Below are positions 37,322-47,089 of a stretch of 54,637 nt of DNA, in pieces. The stretch comes from Verrucomicrobiia bacterium (lineage in GTDB: Bacteria > Verrucomicrobiota > Verrucomicrobiia > Verrucomicrobiales > DEV007). The position numbers and the translations under genes were made by a program. Position 1 is the first letter of the stretch; every line of letters starts with the position of its first letter. Under the pieces are notes generated by a model, which ran no database searches, was not told where the DNA came from, and worked only from the letters and a program-made list of their open reading frames with translations. The stretch lies in the NCBI GenBank assembly GCA_030432615.1, contig JAUIGT010000001.1, forward strand, positions 1 through 54,637. The letters are read 5' to 3'.

Positions 37322-39775
37322 ATGTTTTTGAAATCCCTGACTCAATTCGCTCCGGGACGGCTCTCCGGACTTCTCGCCGCCCTCGGATTCGCGACCGCCG
37401 CGCTGCTCGCGCCGAAAGCCGAAGCCCAGACCGACTACGGCGAGATCGCCCTCCGCGTCGCGGAACTTCTCGAGGACGAGCACTACCTGCGCCAACCGTT
37501 CGACGATTCGATGTCCGAGCGCCTGCTCGACATCTATATCGAGTATCTCGATTACAGCCGAGTGTATTTCACGCAGGAGGATGTGGACCGGTTCTACAAC
37601 GAGTACCGGACCACGCTGGACGATGCCATTCGCAATCGCGACATCGGCGCCGCCTACGACATCTACGGCGTCTACAAGGAGCGCGTCCGCTCCCGCGTGG
37701 CGCTGATGAAGGACCTGCTGGCGAAGAAGGACGAATTTCACTTCGACTCCGACCGCGAGGTGGAGATCACCCGCAAGGATTCCCCGTGGCCGGCCGATGC
37801 CGAGGCTTCCGACGCGCTCTGGCACGACCTCATCGAGGGTGAACTGCTCCAGGAGACCCTGCGCCGCGAAGCCGCCGCCCGAGCCGAGCGCGAGGAGAAG
37901 GGCGAAAAGAAGGAGATCCGTCCGCTGAAGAAGGATGGGGACGAAGCCAAGGACAGCGAAGCCGACGCCACCCCGGAACCCGATGCCTCCGCCGGCGGCG
38001 ACAAGGAAGAATCGGACGCGCCCAAGGTGGCGAAGAACGAGGCGGACACCGAGGAAAAGGAAGCCAAGGAGAAGGAGGAGACGCCGCGCGAAATCATCAC
38101 CAAGCGCTACGATCGCGTGCTCGAGAGCGTGAACGGAAACGACGCCGAGGACGTGGCGGTGATGTTCATCAAGTCGCTCTCGCGCGCCTACGACCCCCAC
38201 TCCGAATATTTCTCGCAGTCGCAGTACGACAATTTCCGCATCCAGATGAACAAGTCCCTCGAGGGCATCGGCGCCATGCTCCAGTCGGAGGAAGACGGCA
38301 CCGCCTCCATCCAGGGACTCGTGGTCGGCGGCCCCGCCCACAAGGGAGGCGATCTCCAGGTGATGGACCGCATCGTCGGCGTCGGCCAGGGAGAGGAAGG
38401 CGAGATTCAGGACACCATCGACATGAAGCTCAACGACGTCGTCGATCTCATTCGCGGCGAGAAAGGCTCCATCGTCCGCCTGAAAGTCATTCCCGTCGAT
38501 TCCCACGACGGCGCCCAGACCAGCATCATTTCCATCGTCCGCGACAAGGTCGATCTCAAGGACAGCCTGGCTTCGGCGGAACTGATCATCACCCGCGACG
38601 AGGCCGGCAATCCGCTCAAGCTCGGCTGGATCAACCTGATGTCCTTCTACAGCGACATGGACGGGGGCAAGACCAGCACCACCGCCGATGTTCAGCGCCT
38701 CCTCAATCGCCTCGTCGACGAAGGCATGCAGGGCCTCGTGGTCGATCTCCGCGACAACGGCGGCGGCTCCCTCGAGGAAGCCATCAACATGACCGGCCTT
38801 TTCATTCCCCGCGGCCCGGTGGTCCAGTCGCGCGACTGGCGTGGGCAGGTCGATTACAAGGTCTCGCTCAATCGCGACGCCGTCTGGGGCGGTCCCATGG
38901 CCGTGCTGACGAACCGCTCCAGCGCCTCGGCCTCCGAGATTTTCGCCGCCGCGCTCCAGGACTACAACCGCGCCCTCATCATCGGCGAGAAGTCGACCTT
39001 CGGGAAAGGCACCGTCCAGCAGTTGCGACCGGTGCAGACCTCCCGCCTGCTCCTTCCCTTCCGGGCCGGCGGCGTCCAGAACGGGGCCCTGAAACTGACC
39101 ATCCAGACCTTCTTCCGGATCGACGGCACCTCGACCCAGTTGCACGGCGTGATCCCCCACGTCCATCTTCCGTCCACCAACGACGTGCTCGACATCGGCG
39201 AGGCCGCTCTCACCCATCCGCTGCTGGTCGAGCCGATCGATCCTCAGCCCTACGAACTGGTCAATCCCGACCCTTTCCCGGTGGAAGCCCTCCAGACCCG
39301 CGCCGACGCCCGCATGGCGAAGAGCCGGGAGTTCCAGTACATCAACGAGGACATCAAGGAAGCGGAGAAGCGGATCGAGGAGAACGTCGTCTCCATCAAC
39401 CGGTCCGTGCGTGAAAAGGAGGCCGCCGATCTCGAGGCCAAGCGCGAAGCCCGCAAGGAGGAACGCATCGAGCGATTCGCCAAGGTGCGGGAACAGGAAA
39501 AGGATCTCTTCACCGTCTACGCCCTCACCCAGGACAACGTCCACAAGAAGGACCTGGTCCTGCGCGACGACATCTCCCTGGAGGAATCCAGCGGCATGAT
39601 GATGGGCAGCAAGAACAAGGAGGAAGATCCCGAAGCCAAGGCCCTCCAATACCCGCACGGATTCGATCCCTACAAGCGCGAGACGATCAACATCCTCGAG
39701 GATTTCATCGCCGCCCAGGTTTCCGGAAAACCGCTCACCAGCGCCGGCAAGGCCCCTGCCCAGGCGAAGAACTGA
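37322..39775 (+). CDS. prc: Tail-specific (C-terminal processing) protease, S41 family
   Basis: I prefer ATG 37322 (817 aa; signal peptide ...ALGFATAALLAPKAEAQ). PDZ region, RDNGGGSLEEA, catalytic SASASEIFAAALQDY and FGKGTVQ. Confidence 0.85.
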   Translation: MFLKSLTQFAPGRLSGLLAALGFATAALLAPKAEAQTDYGEIALRVAELLEDEHYLRQPFDDSMSERLLDIYIEYLDYSRVYFTQEDVDRFYNEYRTTLDDAIRNRDIGAAYDIYGVYKERVRSRVALMKDLLAKKDEFHFDSDREVEITRKDSPWPADAEASDALWHDLIEGELLQETLRREAAARAEREEKGEKKEIRPLKKDGDEAKDSEADATPEPDASAGGDKEESDAPKVAKNEADTEEKEAKEKEETPREIITKRYDRVLESVNGNDAEDVAVMFIKSLSRAYDPHSEYFSQSQYDNFRIQMNKSLEGIGAMLQSEEDGTASIQGLVVGGPAHKGGDLQVMDRIVGVGQGEEGEIQDTIDMKLNDVVDLIRGEKGSIVRLKVIPVDSHDGAQTSIISIVRDKVDLKDSLASAELIITRDEAGNPLKLGWINLMSFYSDMDGGKTSTTADVQRLLNRLVDEGMQGLVVDLRDNGGGSLEEAINMTGLFIPRGPVVQSRDWRGQVDYKVSLNRDAVWGGPMAVLTNRSSASASEIFAAALQDYNRALIIGEKSTFGKGTVQQLRPVQTSRLLLPFRAGGVQNGALKLTIQTFFRIDGTSTQLHGVIPHVHLPSTNDVLDIGEAALTHPLLVEPIDPQPYELVNPDPFPVEALQTRADARMAKSREFQYINEDIKEAEKRIEENVVSINRSVREKEAADLEAKREARKEERIERFAKVREQEKDLFTVYALTQDNVHKKDLVLRDDISLEESSGMMMGSKNKEEDPEAKALQYPHGFDPYKRETINILEDFIAAQVSGKPLTSAGKAPAQAKN

Positions 39776-39794
39776 TCCGGCGGCTTCCGCCGGA
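39776..39794 (+). terminator. Possible terminator hairpin immediately after prc
   Basis: tccggcgg-ctt-ccgccgga forms an 8-bp stem, followed by gattctctc, a weak U-tract. Confidence 0.4.
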
Positions 39795-39933
39795 GATTCT
39801 CTCCCGACGCCGCCTCGTCAAATGGCGAGGCCGGTTCCGACCGATATTTCGGAGCAGGCAGGCGTTTCCATACGCGATGTCGCCCTCAATTCGGGGTTTG
39901 CGGCGGAATCCTTTTTTCTCTAGGGTTTCGGTC

Positions 39934-41466
39934 ATGACTCATCCCCAGAAACCCTCATCTCCACCCGCCGGCGGCGCCTCGACCGCAACCTCGTCCCGCC
40001 GGCAGGTGCTCAAGTATGGCGCCGGCTTCGGCCTCGCCCTGGCCTGGCCCGGATCGAAAGTGCTCGGCGCCAATGACGACGTCCGCGTCGGCGTGGTCGG
40101 TGTCAATGGTCGTGGACAGTCCCACATGGGCGCCTTCTCCAAGATGGACGGCGTCCGCCTCACCGCGCTCTGCGATGTCGATCCCAGCGTCCTCGACGCT
40201 CGGGTCAGCAAGCTGTCGGACAGCGTCGATTATTCCGTCAACGGCTTCGCCGACATCCGCGAGATGCTTGAAAAGGGCGATATCGATGTGCTCACCTGCG
40301 CGACGCCGAACCACTGGCACACCCTCGCCGGGGTTTGGACCATCCAGGCCGGCAAGGACGCCTACGTGGAGAAACCGATTTCCCACAACGTCTGGGAAGG
40401 CCGCCAACTGGTGAAGCTCGCCCGCAAGGAAGGCCGTATCTGCCAGGGCGGCACCCAGAGCCGTTCCATGGGCAGCATTCAGGCCGCCGTGAAATGGGTT
40501 CAGGACGGGGGACTGGGCAAAATCAAATACGTGAAGGGTCTCTGCTACAAACCGCGCCAGTCCATCGGCAAGGGCGGCGGCGGGGAGATTCCCGCCGGCG
40601 TGAACTACGACATCTGGTGCGGTCCCAAGCCGATCGAGAAACCGTTGCGCCGCAAGCGTTTCCACTACGACTGGCACTGGTTCTACGCCTACGGGAACGG
40701 CGACATGGGCAACCAGGGCATTCACCAGATGGATGTGGCCCGTTGGTTCCTCGGCGAGGGCAAGATCGCCCCGCGCACCATCAGCATCGGTGGCCGCCTC
40801 GGCTACGACGACGATGGCGAAACGCCCAATACCCAGATCGTCTACCACGACTACGACAGCGCTCCCCTCATCTTCGAAACCCGCGGCCTGCCCAAGGACA
40901 AGGCCTCACAGGAGAACAACTGGGGCAAGAACATGAACTCGCCCGAGGAATTCCCCGGCGAGAGCGGCATCTCCGTGGTCGTCGTCTGCGAGGGCGGCAA
41001 CGTCTACGTCAACGCCGGCGGCAAGGTCAAGGTCACCGACAAGGACGGCAAGGAAATGGAAGCGCCGAAGGCCTTCGACACCGACGACATCTTCACCAAC
41101 TTCATGAAGGCGGTGAAGAGCGGCAAGCGCGACGGTCAGTATGCGGACTGCGAGGAGACCCACTACTCCAGCGCCCTGTGCCACACCGGGCTCATCTCCC
41201 ACCAGCTCGGCGCCGGGATGCACGACGGAGAAGTCCGCGAACGCATCAAGGGCGACGCGCTGCTGGCGGAGCGCTACGCGGCGATGGCCGATCACCTCGC
41301 GCAGAACGAGGTCAATCTCGAGAGCGAGACCATCGTTCTCGGTCCCTGGCTGAAGTTCAACCCCGAGACCGAGTGGTTCGAGGGCAACGACGATCTCGAT
41401 GCCAAGGCCAACAAGCTGGCGCGTCCCGACTACCGCGATCCCTACGTGGTGCCCGAAGTCGGCTGA
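39934..41466 (+). CDS. TAT-exported Gfo/Idh/MocA family oxidoreductase
   Basis: I prefer ATG 39934 (510 aa). Twin-arginine [18 protein letters not shown]. Rossmann motif [13 protein letters not shown]. Confidence 0.85.
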   Translation: MTHPQKPSSPPAGGASTATSSRRQVLKYGAGFGLALAWPGSKVLGANDDVRVGVVGVNGRGQSHMGAFSKMDGVRLTALCDVDPSVLDARVSKLSDSVDYSVNGFADIREMLEKGDIDVLTCATPNHWHTLAGVWTIQAGKDAYVEKPISHNVWEGRQLVKLARKEGRICQGGTQSRSMGSIQAAVKWVQDGGLGKIKYVKGLCYKPRQSIGKGGGGEIPAGVNYDIWCGPKPIEKPLRRKRFHYDWHWFYAYGNGDMGNQGIHQMDVARWFLGEGKIAPRTISIGGRLGYDDDGETPNTQIVYHDYDSAPLIFETRGLPKDKASQENNWGKNMNSPEEFPGESGISVVVVCEGGNVYVNAGGKVKVTDKDGKEMEAPKAFDTDDIFTNFMKAVKSGKRDGQYADCEETHYSSALCHTGLISHQLGAGMHDGEVRERIKGDALLAERYAAMADHLAQNEVNLESETIVLGPWLKFNPETEWFEGNDDLDAKANKLARPDYRDPYVVPEVG

Positions 41467-41512
41467 TTTCGCTCGCTTCGGCGGGGGGATTTCCCTCGCC
41501 TCATCGATTCCG

Positions 41513-41550
41513 GGCCGCCCGTGAGTTCACTGCTCGCGGGCGGCCTTTTT
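41513..41550 (+). terminator. Rho-independent terminator downstream of the Gfo/Idh/MocA gene
   Basis: ggccgcccg...cgggcggcc stem, extendable to about 13 bp, followed by ttttt. Confidence 0.65.
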
Positions 41551-41574
41551 CGTGGCCGCTCGCCGGAACCGCGA

Positions 41575-43110
41575 TCAGGAGAGCCCCCGCTGAAAGACCG
41601 GATCTCCGAGCAGTTGGAGCAGCCTCGCCAGCACCGCGATCACGACCGCGGCATTGAGTCCGAAGAAAACGAGGTTGGCGGGCCGCGCCAACGAGGTTCC
41701 GCGGATCTGGCGGCGAAATCGTTCCGCGATCCAGAGCGGCGTCACCGCCATCGGCAGATAGAGCGCGAGCAGGAAGCGATCGCCCTTGCCGATCGGCTCG
41801 TAGAAGCCGAAGGCCGCCGCCGATACCGCAAACACCCCGACGGCGAACAGCAGCATCCAGCGCCCGCTCTCCGGTGCCAGCGGCCAGATCCAATTCTCGC
41901 GGTCCCGAGCCTGCAGCGCCTTGATCCGGAACACCGTCATCACCGCCAGCATCCCGTAGAACACCGCCAGGATCCAGCCGCGGAACGGCAGCAGTTCGCG
42001 CCCGCTCTTTCGCCATTCCCCGGGAGAAAGAAACTCGCCCAGCTTCTTGGTCACGCCGTGGCGCATGCGCTCGATGACCTCCTCCCGCGAGTGGGTGCGC
42101 AGGTAGTTCATCGCCGAGGGTTTCTCCGCGGCGGGCAACTGTTCGAAGGCCTTGGCATTCGGGTAGCGATGCATGAAATCCGCTCCCTGCTGGAAATCGT
42201 CCATCCACATCCAGTAGCCCGGGTAGCTGTGGAAGGGGGAACCGAAGGCCTCGTTGGCGTAGCTGAGGCGGGGACCCGCCGCGCCGAGAAAGGTCATCGC
42301 CATCACCGCCAGGCCGATGAAATGGTTCGCCAGGCTCCACCGCTCGTCCTCGGCCGAGGACACCGCCGGCCGCTTCCGCAGCCGCCACCACTCCGCCAGC
42401 ATCCGCAGCGTGGTCACGCCGAAGAAGACGAGCACGAAGGGCTGGATCGAGGTCTTCGCCAGGTAGGCCAGCCCGAGGAGGAAGCCGAGCATGCCATACA
42501 TCCAGAGCGAGTTCCGCCGCAGCAGCGACAGGGCGCAGACCCAGGCGAGGAAGAACAGCAGGTAGTAGAGCGGTTCCGGCTGGAAGTAGGGGGCCCGGGG
42601 CAGGACGGCGCCGAAACCGACCGCCAGCAGCAACGCCATGGCCGAGGGAATGGAAAAGGCCCGGGCCGCCACCAATCCGAGCAGGACCAGGAAGACGGCG
42701 GTCATCGTCAGGTTGAACCACTTTCCGCGCTGGAAAAAGACCTCGTGATCCTCGGAAGCGAATCGCGACGCCACCCAGGGCCAGAGCGGATTGACCACGC
42801 CGTCGGTGTAGTGCGGGAACGAACGCCACAGGGCCGCGGTCACGCTCTCCCCCTGGCCGATCGGCTGCTGCTCGCGCTCGAGCCCGCGCAGGGACATGAC
42901 GATGTTGTGCTGTTGATCCCAGTTGAGCCGATCCTGGTTGGTCTGGTGAATCAGGTGGGTCCCGAAGAAGAAGTAGAGCCAGACGAATCCCAGCAGGAAG
43001 ACGCCGAAGCCCGCCCAGGCCTTCCATCCGGGTGCGGGACGCTTGGCGGGCACCACCAGCTCGGCAGCGGCGGGAGGAGCAGGCTCCGAGGCGGAAGGGG
43101 GCTCGCTCAT
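41575..43110 (-). CDS. Polytopic membrane protein, putative GT-C fold (ArnT/PMT-like, GT39-like) glycosyltransferase
   Basis: 511 aa with more than 10 hydrophobic segments and a loop (HYTDGVVNPLWPWV) reminiscent of ArnT/PMT_2 proteins. The family assignment is tentative. Confidence 0.5.
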   Translation of the reverse strand: MSEPPSASEPAPPAAAELVVPAKRPAPGWKAWAGFGVFLLGFVWLYFFFGTHLIHQTNQDRLNWDQQHNIVMSLRGLEREQQPIGQGESVTAALWRSFPHYTDGVVNPLWPWVASRFASEDHEVFFQRGKWFNLTMTAVFLVLLGLVAARAFSIPSAMALLLAVGFGAVLPRAPYFQPEPLYYLLFFLAWVCALSLLRRNSLWMYGMLGFLLGLAYLAKTSIQPFVLVFFGVTTLRMLAEWWRLRKRPAVSSAEDERWSLANHFIGLAVMAMTFLGAAGPRLSYANEAFGSPFHSYPGYWMWMDDFQQGADFMHRYPNAKAFEQLPAAEKPSAMNYLRTHSREEVIERMRHGVTKKLGEFLSPGEWRKSGRELLPFRGWILAVFYGMLAVMTVFRIKALQARDRENWIWPLAPESGRWMLLFAVGVFAVSAAAFGFYEPIGKGDRFLLALYLPMAVTPLWIAERFRRQIRGTSLARPANLVFFGLNAAVVIAVLARLLQLLGDPVFQRGLS

Positions 43111-43535
43111 GACTCCGAATCGATTTCCTCCCGCTGCTCCCTGAGACGAGCCTCGGACTCCGCCAGCCAGGCCTCGGATCGCTTGAACTCCACCAGCGCG
43201 GGCGCCTTCGAGGCCGCCTCGCGCGACTCCCGCTTCACCTGGAGCACCACCTGGCCGACCTCCGCGCCGGGAAACTCGGCCAGTTTCTCGTTCGACTTCG
43301 TCTGGAAGCGCAACACTTTCGGACGGAACCAGCGACTGACCCAGGTCACCCCCGTCACCTCGGCGTAGGAGAACGTCACCGTCACCGCGGGCGTTTTCCG
43401 GAAGGCGCGATCCCGCTCGTCGAAGGTCAGTTCCACCTCGTCCCGCCCGAAACGCAGGCAGCCCTCGACATGCTCGTAGCCGAGCGCGTCGCGAGCCGGG
43501 TTTTCAAAATAAACGGACAATTCCTCGCCAATCAT
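43107..43535 (-). CDS. Hypothetical cytoplasmic protein (beta-rich domain plus C-terminal helix)
   Basis: 142 aa with ATG start. Its TGA overlaps the ATG of the downstream membrane protein (ATGA at 43107-43110). I recognise no family. Confidence 0.6.
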   Translation of the reverse strand: MIGEELSVYFENPARDALGYEHVEGCLRFGRDEVELTFDERDRAFRKTPAVTVTFSYAEVTGVTWVSRWFRPKVLRFQTKSNEKLAEFPGAEVGQVVLQVKRESREAASKAPALVEFKRSEAWLAESEARLREQREEIDSES

Positions 43536-43641
43536 CGGACACGGGATGGAGCGGGCACACTACCGGCGGGGCCGGCAGATGACAACCACCGGACCGCCCC
43601 GAAACGGTGGCCCGACGCGAACCGCCCGGCTCTGGCCGGTT

Positions 43642-44598
43642 TCACTCGGCGCTCTCGCGAACCGGGGTCAGCACGACTTTCTGCACGTCCATGACCGCCT
43701 TGCCGGTCTTGTTCAGCGGCTTGATCGCCACCTTGTGCTCGCCGACATGGGCGAGTTCGACGACACCGAGCGAGACGCTTTTCCAGTTCTGAAAGCCACC
43801 GGTTTCCTCGACCTGGAACTTGTAGGTGCTGTCATTGATCAGCAGCGCCACCTCGCTGCCGCCATTGCCGTCGCCGCATCCCTGGACCACGCTGATCCGG
43901 AATTTGCCGGGATCGCTGACGTCGAACACCCACTCGGCCCAGTCGTCCTCGCTGGTCCAGAAGCCGAGGCAATTCTTCTCCGGCTTGGGCTCGAAGCGCA
44001 TGTTCTCGGAAAACGTCGCCGCCGCCTTGGCGTGCAGTTCGATGGTGCCGTCGATACCCTGCCCGACCGCATCGCTCTCCGGGGCGGGAACGAAATCGAT
44101 CCCCTTCACGAAGAAAGACGGCCCGTTCGACTTGTCGCCGGTCAGCAGGTTGAGCGGATACTCACCCGGCTTCGGGATGTAGAGGTAGCCCATCGTCAGG
44201 GCGTATTCCTTGTGATCCTCGTGACCGCCCGTCCGGGGCGCGTAGCTTTTCACCACCTCGTCCCCGAGTTTCACCTGCACTCCGAGCTTCGGCATCGTCG
44301 AGGTGTAGCGCAGGATCACGAAGTAGCGTCCCCAGCGCTCCGTCTTCATCGTCCACTTCCAGTTCGCGAAGTGGCTGCCGGGAGTGTAGGTGCCATCCTT
44401 GGCATCCACGCTCATGGTGCCCCGAGTCCGGTCGAGTTCCATGGCGTAGGCCTTGGCTTCCGGAACCTCCTCGAGGTTGGCGAAGGGATCCGGCGGCAGG
44501 TTCGAAGACGGGGCGGCGTTCGCCTCCTGGTCTTCCTGCGCGAACAGGACCGGGGCGGTGACGGACAGGAAAGCGGCGACCAGGCGGGGAGTTTTCAT
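43642..44598 (-). CDS. Secreted protein with two carbohydrate-binding-module-like (CBM6/35-like) beta-sandwich domains
   Basis: I prefer ATG 44598 (318 aa; signal peptide MKTPRLVAAFLSVTAPVLFAQ). Two similar halves end in ...YPLNLLTGDKSNGPSFFVKGIDFVP and ...HKVAIKPLNKTGKAVMDVQKVVLTP. The family call is tentative. Confidence 0.5.
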   Translation of the reverse strand: MKTPRLVAAFLSVTAPVLFAQEDQEANAAPSSNLPPDPFANLEEVPEAKAYAMELDRTRGTMSVDAKDGTYTPGSHFANWKWTMKTERWGRYFVILRYTSTMPKLGVQVKLGDEVVKSYAPRTGGHEDHKEYALTMGYLYIPKPGEYPLNLLTGDKSNGPSFFVKGIDFVPAPESDAVGQGIDGTIELHAKAAATFSENMRFEPKPEKNCLGFWTSEDDWAEWVFDVSDPGKFRISVVQGCGDGNGGSEVALLINDSTYKFQVEETGGFQNWKSVSLGVVELAHVGEHKVAIKPLNKTGKAVMDVQKVVLTPVRESAE

Positions 44599-44743
44599 GA
44601 CTGGCGACAGTACGATTTTGCCCAGCCGGTGGCAACCGCGAAAAGGCGTCCCTCCGAGACCTCCGAGGCCGGCTCCGCGATGCCGCGATTTACCGACGAC
44701 CCGACTTCCGTTACTCTCACGCTCTTCCAACCCTGTCAGGTTC

Positions 44744-47077
44744 ATGACTCGACCCTCTTTGCTCGCCCTTCTCAAGCCGCTCGCCGCGGTATTTCTCCTC
44801 ACGATCACCTCTCCATCGCCGCTCTTCGGGCAGGCGGACGAGGCCAACAAGGACGGCCCCGCCGAGGGGCATTCCTACCACGGCGAGGCCTTCAACGAGG
44901 GTCCCCGCCAGGCCGCGGTGACCATCCCCGGCACCGGCGACGTGCATTTTCCGGTCACGACCGATTCGCCCGAGGCCCAGGCGTTCTTCGACCAAGGCAT
45001 CGGGCAGCTCCACGGTTTCTGGGACTTCGAAGCCGAGCGCAGTTTCCGCCAGGTCGCCGCCCTCGATCCCGATTGCGCCATGGCCTACTGGGGCATGGCC
45101 ATGGCGAACTTCTTCAACGAGAAGCGCGGCAAGGGCTTCGCCGAAAAGGCCGCCGAGCGGCGAGACGGCGCCAGCGACCGGGAAAAGCTCTACCTCGACG
45201 GCTTGGTGAAGTTCTTCGAGGACCCGAAGAAGGATCTCAAGGTACGCCTGCGCGACTACGTCCGCGTCTTCGAGAACATCATCGAGAAATACCCGGACGA
45301 CCTCGAAGCGAAAGCCTTCCTCGCCAAGCAGCTCTATCACAACAACGGGAAGGGGCTGAAATACACCAGCCACTACACCCACAATCTCCTCATCGGGGAG
45401 ATCCTCGCCGCGGATCCGGATCACCCGGTGCACCACTACCGCATCCACCTCTGGGATGGGGAAAAGCCGGAGAAGGCCCTGGCCTCCGCCGCCGCCTGTG
45501 GCCCGGCCGCTCCCGGAATCGCCCACATGTGGCACATGCCGGGGCACATCTATTCGAAATTGAAGCGCTACGAGGACGCCGTCTGGCAGCAGGAAGCCTC
45601 CGCCCGGATCGACCACGCCCACATGATCCGCTACCAGATCGTGCCGGACAAGATCCACAACTTCGCCCACAACAACGAGTGGCTGATCCGCAACTTCAAT
45701 CACCTCGGCCAGGCCCGCGACGCGCTCTCCCTGGCGCGCAACATGATCGAGCTGCCCCGGCTCGCGAAATTCGAGAATCCCGACGGGAAGGTCTACAAGC
45801 CCAACGGCAGCTGGCAGTATGGGCGCCAGCGTTTGCGGGACACCCTGCTGCGTTTCGAACTCTGGGATGCGCTGATCGGCTACGCGGAAAACACTCACTA
45901 CCTCCCCGCGGATCCGAAAGTGATTCCCGAGCTGGAGTGGAACCGCATCCTCGCCATCGCGAAGTTCGAGACCGGCGACCTCGAAGGTGGCCGGGGTCAC
46001 CTGGAAAAAATCGAGTCGCTGCTCGCCGAGGAAACCGCGAAGCGCGACAAGGCGGTCGCCGACGCCGAGAAGAAGGCCCGCGAGGGGAAGAAGAACGACA
46101 AGCAGGTCGAGGAAGCCAAGAAGGCGGCCGAGAAGAATTTCGCCAAGAAGATCACCGAACGCGAGAACGCCGCCAACGAGGTCCGCGTCTACGCCGCGCT
46201 CAACGCCGAACCGGCCGACACCGAAACGGCCCTCGACCTGCTGCCCAAGCTCAAGGACCTCGCCCAGGCCCGCCACGCCACGCTCTGGCAGCGGGCCGGG
46301 AACACCGAGAAAGCGCTCGAACTGTCGGAAAAAGCCGTCAGCGGCGGCAAGAACGAAGTCCACCCGCTGGCTGTCCGGGTCGCGTTGCTCGACGAAGCCG
46401 GGAAGATGGAGGAGGCGCGAGAAGCCTTCGACCAACTCCGCACCGTGGCCGGAACCGCCGACATCGATCTCCCCGCCCTGCAGAAGCTGGCGCCGCTGGC
46501 CCGGACCTTCGGCTACCCGGAGGACTGGCGAACCCCGCGCTCCCCGGCGGACGATCTCGGAGAACGCCCGGAGCTGGACACACTCGGTCCTTTCCGGTGG
46601 TCACCACCCAAGGCGCCGGCCTTCTCTCTGAAGGACGCGAAAGGAAACACCACCTCCCTGGCCGATTTCGAGGGCCGCCCCGTGCTCGTGATTTTCTACC
46701 TCGGCCAGTTGTGCACCCACTGCATGGAGCAGCTCAACAATTTCGCTCCCGTGACCGAGGAATACACCAAGGCCGGGATTCCCATCGTCGCCATCAGCAC
46801 CGATTCCGTCGAAGGTCTCGCCGAAACCTTCCAGTTCGCCGGTGACGAGAACAAGCAGGAGAACCCATTCCCCTTCCCGCTGCTGTCCGACGCCAATCTC
46901 GATACGTTCAAGGCCTACCGGGCCTTCGACGACTTCGAGTCGCAGCCACTCCACGGCACCTTTCTCATCGACGGTCAGGGCCGCATCCGCTGGCAGGACA
47001 TCAGCTACGAGCCTTTCAACTATCCCGACTGGCTGCTGAAGGAATGCGTGCGGCTGCTGAGCTTCGAGGAATCCTGA
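44744..47077 (+). CDS. Fusion protein: signal peptide, TPR-like helical domain, Lys/Glu-rich coiled coil, then an AhpC/TSA-type peroxiredoxin (redoxin) domain
   Basis: I prefer ATG 44744 (777 aa; signal peptide MTRPSLLALLKPLAAVFLLTI). The C-terminal domain is FSLKDAKGNTTSLADFEGRPVLVIFYLGQLCTHCMEQLNNF...FPFPLLSDANLDTFKAYRAF...GTFLIDGQGRIRW. Confidence 0.75.
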   Translation: MTRPSLLALLKPLAAVFLLTITSPSPLFGQADEANKDGPAEGHSYHGEAFNEGPRQAAVTIPGTGDVHFPVTTDSPEAQAFFDQGIGQLHGFWDFEAERSFRQVAALDPDCAMAYWGMAMANFFNEKRGKGFAEKAAERRDGASDREKLYLDGLVKFFEDPKKDLKVRLRDYVRVFENIIEKYPDDLEAKAFLAKQLYHNNGKGLKYTSHYTHNLLIGEILAADPDHPVHHYRIHLWDGEKPEKALASAAACGPAAPGIAHMWHMPGHIYSKLKRYEDAVWQQEASARIDHAHMIRYQIVPDKIHNFAHNNEWLIRNFNHLGQARDALSLARNMIELPRLAKFENPDGKVYKPNGSWQYGRQRLRDTLLRFELWDALIGYAENTHYLPADPKVIPELEWNRILAIAKFETGDLEGGRGHLEKIESLLAEETAKRDKAVADAEKKAREGKKNDKQVEEAKKAAEKNFAKKITERENAANEVRVYAALNAEPADTETALDLLPKLKDLAQARHATLWQRAGNTEKALELSEKAVSGGKNEVHPLAVRVALLDEAGKMEEAREAFDQLRTVAGTADIDLPALQKLAPLARTFGYPEDWRTPRSPADDLGERPELDTLGPFRWSPPKAPAFSLKDAKGNTTSLADFEGRPVLVIFYLGQLCTHCMEQLNNFAPVTEEYTKAGIPIVAISTDSVEGLAETFQFAGDENKQENPFPFPLLSDANLDTFKAYRAFDDFESQPLHGTFLIDGQGRIRWQDISYEPFNYPDWLLKECVRLLSFEES

Positions 47078-47089
47078 ATACGATTCCGA

